Assembly: GCA_977017575.1 (NCBI GenBank)
Contig: CDRNVI010000049.1
Coordinates: 1 to 64,000 of the forward strand
Length of the DNA: 64,000 nucleotides
From: Paramoeba atlantica
Taxonomy: Eukaryota > Protista > Discosea
Direction: 5' to 3'
Shown: one piece after another, positions 57,542 to 64,000 of the stretch
Numbering within the stretch: the first letter of the stretch is position 1
Layout: each line of letters opens with the position of its first letter
Program-made: the position numbers and the translations under genes
The notes under the pieces: generated by a model
The model's database searches: none
What the model was told of the DNA's origin: nothing
The model's input: only the letters and a program-made list of their open reading frames with translations

Positions 57542-57892
57542 TAAAAGATAAATGGGGGGTAGGTGGTAGTTGTTTTGGGGAATATGAGAGGCCGAACGCA
57601 CGGAGGGGCCGGCCGGGCAAATGAGTCACGTCAAAGTGTGACGCTGAGTTCGTGGGAAGCAATTTGCGAAGCCCTAGGTGATGATCAGTTCTATTGGACG
57701 ACACCGAGACAAACCACAGAAATCCCAGATACGACAAGGTCTAGATATCATAAAGAGAGAAAAAACCGGAGCTGTGGACGCGAAAAAGAATGACAGAGAT
57801 ATAACAATGCGATACGCGACCGATGAGTTGAATCGATGCGTGTGCTGACTCTACCTTCCACCGTCATTCACAGAAAATTAACAAAAAATGTA

Positions 57893-57985
57893 TTATGACA
57901 GATAAGGGTGCTGTATGACAGATAAGGGTGCATTATGACAGATAAGGGTGCATTTATGACAGATAAGGGTGCGAGTTTCTATGAC
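57893..57985 (+). repeat. Five copies of ATGACAGATAAGGG(T/C)GC
   Basis: Imperfect tandem array. The core is the reverse complement of the TTATCTGTC motif at 18.75-18.85 kb. Confidence 0.8.
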
Positions 57986-58655
57986 AGATAAGGGCGCGGG
58001 TGCCCCCCTCTACTAACAACTTCTATTGTTTGTCGATATGTACAAATTTCTACGAAAATTATTGGCACAAAAATTATTGATTTCTTAATTAAAAGTTGCA
58101 GAGCTTCGCCAATAATTAAAAACTCAATCCTATCCTCCTAATAGATCGGTTAAAAACCGATTAAAGATACTACTGTTCTAATTTTCGTGAAGCCTTCTTT
58201 CTCTTGGGAGACTCCTTTCTCTTTGTTTCCACGATCTTATCAAACTCCCTATTTCCCTTGCAACTTTTTTCTTTACCGACAGAGAGTGGAGTGCGAGGTA
58301 GGAGACGAGTCGCCCATCGGTCATGCTACAGCACGTATAGCCATGGTTCATGCTGCAACACGGTCAAGCCGTGGGTTCATGCTGTCAGATGGTCTATCGT
58401 GGATCATGATGCATCATGGGGAGGTCCGTTACCGCCGCACTCGCTACAGCATGTAGGGAGAGAGGGGTGCAAGTTCGCATCCCCTATACACGCATACAAC
58501 GTGTCCTCCCGCTGTAGCACGCCCAGTGGTCCTCAAGGGAGGCCACCATGGCGCATAGCTCCCGGGAGAAGAAAGCACGAGAAGGAGAGAGCCGGGGAGG
58601 GAAGAAAGCTCACTCGAAGAGAGCGAGCCGGGGAGGGGTGAAGAGTGCGAAGTGC

Positions 58656-58810
58656 GTCCCCTACTTCCGCGAGAAAGAGGGACAGTTCCAGCTAGCCGTT
58701 AGCCGGAAACGGGCATTTAAAAGTAAGAATATGCCCGTTTCCGGGAAAAGAAAGGAAGGGCTAGCAAAATGTACCAACAAGGTACAGAAACTGTATCTTT
58801 ATCGTTATTT
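58656..58810 (-). ncRNA. Spliced-leader RNA-like sequence (36-nt exon 58775-58810 plus a structured intron-like region)
   Basis: Minus strand AAATAACGATAAAGATACAGTTTCTGTACCTTGTTG|GTAC. It has the euglenozoan SL core ACAGTTTCTGTAC, an AA.TAACG 5' end and a TTG/GT donor, followed by a 14-bp perfect hairpin and a second stem-loop. Confidence 0.65.
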
Positions 58811-59179
58811 TAGCCCGACTAACGCGATGTACGGTGGAGAAACGAGGAGTGCCGCAATAAAGTGACTCGATAGGGTAGTCGTGTCCAAACTCGTCTAGTT
58901 TAGCACAATTACAGCAAAATCTTCATATTGAGCTCAACTTCTGTTTGCCGAAGCATTTTGTTGGATATGGAAAGCGAAGCGGCACCAAAGGTCATGATTG
59001 GATAAACGAGGCAATTAAACAAACGCAGTTTTGTTGATGCACTCAGTGGCGAGTCCCAAATGCCCTTGAGCTTCCGAAATGCGGCCCAGGTGAGCCTTAA
59101 GCGGTCTTTTACTGGCGAAGAAACTCCTGAATCCTGAATGTTTCCCAGATAGCGGTAAGAGTCAACAAGAGGAATTTTT

Positions 59180-60282
59180 GGGTACGTCTCTACTTCGTTG
59201 AATATTCAACGAACCGCCGGCGGTTCGTTGAACGATTCAACGAAGCGATGGAGCTTCGTTGAATATTCAACGAACGGGATTTTAATTTTTTTTCGAGCGA
59301 GCATTCGATTTTTTTAACATTTTAAATTGTCTCAACGGAGCAACAAAGGTAGCGCATGGTACTAGAAACTCTTTTTCGGGCAGTCGATCTCATGTAGATT
59401 TCTGTTGTTGTAGTTTAACCCGTTTGGAGATTCCTGTGAATGAATGTGAAACGCACGGATGAAACATGGTGTTAGATACGTCGTGTATTATTAGAAAATA
59501 TAGGTGCAAGAAGGCCATGAAGCGACGCAAAAATGCTTCCGAAGTATTGCCAGTATCACTGTGGTTCATTCAAAATAGGATCCGCAAAAGAAAAAGGTCC
59601 TGTTTTCTACACATCAATATTAAAAAATAGTCCAGAATCCTGCGGAAACCACCCAACCAACCAGAATCCTGCGGAAGTGGCAGACATAGGTTCTCAGTGC
59701 GCGACCCGCGCGCTGGAGCGCGCGGGTCGCCAAAAAATATAATTATGTCCCAGGGCTACGCTAACAGTTGGGCCTTGCTCGCAGACGGGGGCTTTTGCCT
59801 CCAGAAGTGGGCTTCGCTCACAGTTGGGCCTTGCCTCTCGACAATCCTGCGGAAGTGGCAGACATAGTTCCTCAGTGCGCGACCCGCGCGCTGGAGCGCG
59901 CGGGCCGCCAAAAAATATAATTATGTCCCAGGGCTACGCTAACAGTTGGGCCTTGCTCGCAGACGGGGGCTTTTGCCTCCAGAAGTGGGCTTCACTCACA
60001 GTTGGGCCTTGCCTCTCGACAATCCTGCGGAAGTGGCAGACATAGTTCCTCAGTGCGCGTCCCGCGCGCTGGAGCGCGCGGGCCGCCAAAAAATATAATT
60101 ATGTCCCAGGGCTACGCTCACAGTTGGGCCTTGCTCGCAGACGGGGGTTTTTCCTCAAGAAGTGGGCTTCGCTGGCAGAATCCCAGAAAAGTTCAGTGAA
60201 AAAAAATAAAAAATCGGTTCGTTGAATCGTTCAACGAACCGACGGCGCTTCGTTGAATATTCAACGAAGTAGAGACATAGCC
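59180..60282. mobile_element. 1103-bp GG-ended non-autonomous TIR element with an 8-bp TSD
   Basis: ~65-bp TIRs built from TTCGTTGAA..TTCAACGAA palindromes. GAATTTTT is duplicated at 59172-59179 and 60283-60290. Removing it restores the RT frame GKIPLVDSYRYLG. Confidence 0.9.
59665..60170 (+). repeat. 178-bp GC-rich module, 3 tandem copies (also at ~57328-57540, ~56470-56605 inverted, ~63527-63624 partial)
   Basis: AATCCTGCGGAAGTGGCAGACATA recurs at 59665, 59843 and 60021. Confidence 0.9.
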
Positions 60283-63200
60283 GAATTTTTCCCATTTGGC
60301 CCGCCCGAAGATCACGAGTCCCTCCTGGAACCTTACCGAAGGCCATCCAGGCAGTTTTGGTAGGCCCTACGGCGATTCTAAGATTAGCCTGCTTAGACTC
60401 ATCCGATGTTGCTTCTATCATCCGGGATAGATCCCCCTTCGTCGTGGCGAGAAGAGCAATGTCATCTGCATAATTAATGTCCGTGAGCCGAGTCTCCTGA
60501 AGACCCCTGCTTTTAGTTCCCTTGCTCTTCAGAAGAACACCGAAAGGTTTATTATCCAGAGCGCGATGAAGAATACGATCCACCACGAGAACGAATAGAT
60601 ACGGGGCTAAAACATCTCCTTGAAGAATACCCGTATGGATTGAAAATGATGCCGTGTCTCCAAACGGTGTTCGAACGATCCCTCGCAGCCCACTGTAGAG
60701 CGACATTATCATGCGAATTAAGTTTTTCCCTACGCAAAAAGCTACCAGCGCACCATGTAAGGCATTGAAAGAAACAGATGGAAACGCCTTCGCAAAGTCA
60801 AGGAACGCGACTGCAACTCCAGACTTATCCCTGCACGCCCTAACCTTCGTCTCGTTAAGGAAAATCTGCGCCCCTGCAGTGGAGCGTTCAGGGCGAAACC
60901 CAAATTGGCTATCACGGAGTATCGGTTCAATCGAGGGGCGAATCCGCTGCAGTATCATGCAGTTCATGAGCTTTACAATACTATTGACTAGGCAAATAGG
61001 GCGCCAGTTCGCGATTTGTGATAAATCACCCTTTTTTGGTATACACTGTAGGTACCTGTAGGATAAATTTCCAGCAATCAGGTGAAACACCCGTTTCATG
61101 TACGCTGCTGATAATATTGAGAAGGGTTCGTCTAAGCTCATCGTGCTCAACCATGATTATGAGCACTTCCGCTGGTATTTGATCCATTCCCGGGGCTTTG
61201 TTGCGGGCCAGTCTCTGTACACAAGATGTAAGCTCTTCTTCACTGAACGGTGAGTCATTTACTTCAATCGACGAATGAGGAGCATCATCGAATTTGATTG
61301 TCGAATTTCCGCGATCGCCGTCACCCATTCTGGCGAAAAAGTCTCGTACAATTTTTAACGTTTCTCGTGTCGAGGAAGTGTCGATACTGAACGCTTTCCT
61401 GTATAATCCACAAATTCGTCGTAGTGTACGCCATGGATTGGATCTGTTACTACGAAGTCCAGATTCAATTTCATTACATTCTCGTGATATTTCGTCCTCT
61501 ATTTCGTGCCTATGAGTCTGAATCATTTTCTCGAAATGTTGTGGTTTACTACTTTGTAGAAAAAGATCTCGTACGCTCCTAGGCAGAGCTTGTTCGTCGT
61601 CTGGTTTGTTTTCGTGGCCCTGCTCTGTGTCCACCTCTTTTGCGTCTTCCGTTCTCATTCGTGAAATTGATTTGCATGTGCTTATCATCGCATCGGATAA
61701 GTTATCCCACGTTATAGATGATTCCTTTTCAGTAATCTCCCAAACCTTTTGTCTAAACATCAGCCTCCGTTTCTCCTCCCTCAATTGGGCCCAAGGAACC
61801 CTTTCTGGCCCTTTTCGTCCTCCAGAGCGCCACTTGATATGAACATTTGCCAAGACAAGGCAGTGCGTTGTAGGAATGGGTGCTTTAAGAACTTTATGAG
61901 GACAAACGCTTGAAGAAAACCGATCGCTAACTAAAATATGATCGAGCTGCCTCTTGATTCGGTTTCCTTTGTTCTTCATTCGCATTTGTTGAAGCGTAGT
62001 GCTACTAGTTGAGGTTTTATCTTCATTTTCTGTCTTCTTTTGTTGTGCATTTTTGTTCACTTTCTTGTATAAATTTTTTCCCCAGATGTGCCGTTCTTTT
62101 GGCTTGATTTTTCTCGACATGGTAGCTCGCATGTCCATTTTCGCCGACTCGGACAGAGTGAGTGCGCAGATTTACATCCAATGGAACACATTAATCCTTT
62201 TAGTTGAGATATGGCCGCAGGGTCCATAACCTTGTTCGTAACTAAAGTTAGAGGTGCATTAAAATTTCCAATAACCAACAAGGGGCGCTGTTTTGCTTTG
62301 TAATCTACTCCGCGACATGACCGAGTTACTTCGCCTATAAACTCCGTATGTGTGGCTTCAGAGGAGTCCCTCGTTGGGGCATAGACATTCAACAAAAGGC
62401 CTTTCCCATCTTCCAGCTGATAAGTGGCACCCATAATCCTCCCACTTACCTTCCAAACTCTCAAAAGAGCCCGCGAACTAATGATACACATTCCATTGTA
62501 GGAATCCTGACCTGTGACGGACTGCAAATATATGTGAAACTGTTGTCCTAAGTTGGAAATCTGCCTGTAGAGTACGCCATCCTCGTGGCCGTCTTCTGAA
62601 AACTTGTCTCCTGAAGGCACATAATGTCGATCCCCTTTTCTGTCATAAGGGAGAGAATCTTACAAAAACGTGAAGAGCGAAGTATAGAAAATTCATCGTC
62701 TCCCTCCAGTTTGAGAGTCGTCACGTTTAGCGTACCAACCGTAGTATCTTTCTTCCCAGCGGAACATCTAGTGTTCTCCAATTCGCGATGGGCATGTATG
62801 CCACACGATGCCCGAGGTTTAGGGCGGTGACGCACAACCTTTCGAATTTTCTTAGCAGGATTGCTGAGCAGAGCAGCGCAGAGAACTACGCCAGCAGAAG
62901 GATAGGGGGGGAAGGGAAGAGTTGTATTCGTACGCTCCTCGTACCGAACACGAAGCAAGCCAGACATTGAATCACTCCTCATCAACGCCCATCGCACTTC
63001 TTCAACTTTTCCCTTCCAAAACAATAATCTCGAGCAGGTTTCATGACGCCACACTACCCTAATCAACGCTCCAACCTTGGCCATTTTCAAAATTGCACGC
63101 ACCGCCCTCTGGCGGAGTTTTGCGAATCCTTTCCCTGCTCGCGGACGGAAAAGGACTCCCCGAACACGCTTGGTTCGATAGAGAGTTTCAAGAAGCTCTG

Positions 63201-63700
63201 TCCCCTCTACCGCGCCGGAAGCATCCGCCATCTTTTTATAAAAGACATATAAAAAGTGTGTAAAAAGTGTCTAAAAACTTAATAATATTAGTCGGCAGTG
63301 TATAATGCCTAAAATCAAATCAAAAAAAAATATGCATTATCAGTGTGCATTATGCAATATCAGCGTGCGAGTTTTGTGCGTTATCAGTGTGCGAGTGCCC
63401 ACCCCTTATATCAAAGTGATGATTTTTGGAAAATTCTTTTAAAGTCTCATACTTCGCACCCTTCACAATCGATATCTGGACCCATACATCAACATACGCC
63501 CACTACTTTCTTCGGGGAAAGGCAAAACGGGGGCTTTTGCCTTCAGAAGTGAGCTTCGCTCACAGTTGGGGCTTGCTCGTAAAAGGGGGGCTTCTGTCTC
63601 CTGAAGTGGGCTACGCTCACAGTTAAAAAAATTATTTTTTCTCTAATTTTTTCTTCTGAGAAAAATATTTCTTTAGAAAGTTTTGCGCCTCCTTCGAAAA

Positions 63701-63772
63701 CTCCCCGACCGGGAATTGAACCCGGGTCACCCGCGTGACAGGCGGGTATACTTACCACTATACTATCGAGGA
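63701..63772 (-). tRNA. trnD-GTC: tRNA-Asp(GTC)
   Basis: TCCTCGATAGTATAGTGGTAAGTATACCCGCCTGTCACGCGGGTGACCCGGGTTCAATTCCCGGTCGGGGAG. 72-nt cloverleaf with a TTTT terminator immediately 3'. Confidence 0.95.
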
Positions 63773-63830
63773 ACACGTCTGGAAGCCTATGTACCAAATC
63801 GAACAACATGTCCGTTCCATTGTAGCAAAA

Positions 63831-63901
63831 TGCGTCGGCCGGGAATCGAACCCGGGTCACCCGCGTGGCAAGCGAGTATTCTACCACTAGACCACCGACG
63901 C
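63831..63901 (-). tRNA. trnG-GCC: tRNA-Gly(GCC)
   Basis: GCGTCGGTGGTCTAGTGGTAGAATACTCGCTTGCCACGCGGGTGACCCGGGTTCGATTCCCGGCCGACGCA. 71 nt, followed by TTTT. Confidence 0.95.
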
Positions 63902-63953
63902 GCAACCAGACGAACAGTGGGGCCTAGCAGGATCAAAATAACATCCATTCAAA

Positions 63954-64000
63954 AGGGAAGACCGGGAATCGAACCCGGGTTATTAGAGCCACAATCTAAC
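63954..64000 (-). tRNA. trnH-GTG: tRNA-His(GTG), 5' part outside the window
   Basis: TTAGA-TTGTGGC-TCTAA anticodon arm, T-arm CCGGGTTCGATTCCCGG, acceptor 3' strand TCTTCCC followed by a T run. Confidence 0.88.

Larger units (their letters stand above)
58811..63231 (-). mobile_element. Decayed APE-RT non-LTR retrotransposon (RTE/ingi-like grade), interrupted by a MITE
   Basis: APE motifs VGTLNV, IMCLQET, LNVYAPT, IGNFNA, LDHILVS. RT motifs NKAPGMDQIP, NWRPICL, QFGFRPERST, FLDFAKAFPSV, GILQGDVLAP.LF, YADDIAL. After the insertion: YRYLG and WAAFRKLKGIW...TKLRLF. Several frameshifts. Confidence 0.9.

Noticed and set aside
58811-63700. tRNA-gene-targeted insertion of the APE retroelement
   Set aside because: It lies ~470 bp from tRNA-Asp with other repeats in between. 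One instance in a TE-dense region is not evidence of targeting.
63701-63901. Near-identical 3' halves of tRNA-Asp and tRNA-Gly as a sign of recombination
   Set aside because: Eukaryotic Asp(GTC) and Gly(GCC) tRNAs commonly share these anticodon-stem and T-arm sequences.
63543-63905. 120-aa ORF
   Set aside because: It simply overlaps the two tRNA genes and a repeat.

Overview
Eukaryotic DNA, most likely from a kinetoplastid (Euglenozoa) and probably not a trypanosomatid. The basis is intronless host genes all on the + strand (polycistronic-type layout), a kinetoplastid-like rpS5, a SNAP50 gene, a euglenozoan spliced-leader (SL) core and a kinetoplastid-like tRNA-His. The window holds three gene islands. 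The first (1-18.3 kb) has a DUF4379 zinc-ribbon protein, SCC3, NAA20, aspartyl aminopeptidase, HADH, SNAP50, rpS5, a DTW protein and a TylF-like methyltransferase. The second (37.3-41 kb) has WDR33/Pfs2 and orphan genes. The third (49.4-54.2 kb) has PRP4 and an 804-aa orphan. Dense nests of mobile DNA separate the islands. These include an intact Merlin element with TIRs and an 8-bp TSD, several GG-ended non-autonomous elements that appear to share its target motif, a two-ORF PIF/Harbinger-like element with TIRs and a TCA TSD, and a DD35E Tc1 transposase with one nonsense mutation. They also include two divergent hAT-like remnants, three different non-LTR retrotransposon types (CRE-like, REL-type with Mer3/HFM1-like zinc fingers, APE-type) and several hairpin/MITE families. 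An SL-RNA-like sequence is fused exactly to the broken 3' end of the APE retroelement. A tRNA cluster (Asp, Gly, His) closes the window. All family assignments come from motif recognition by eye; no database search was run.
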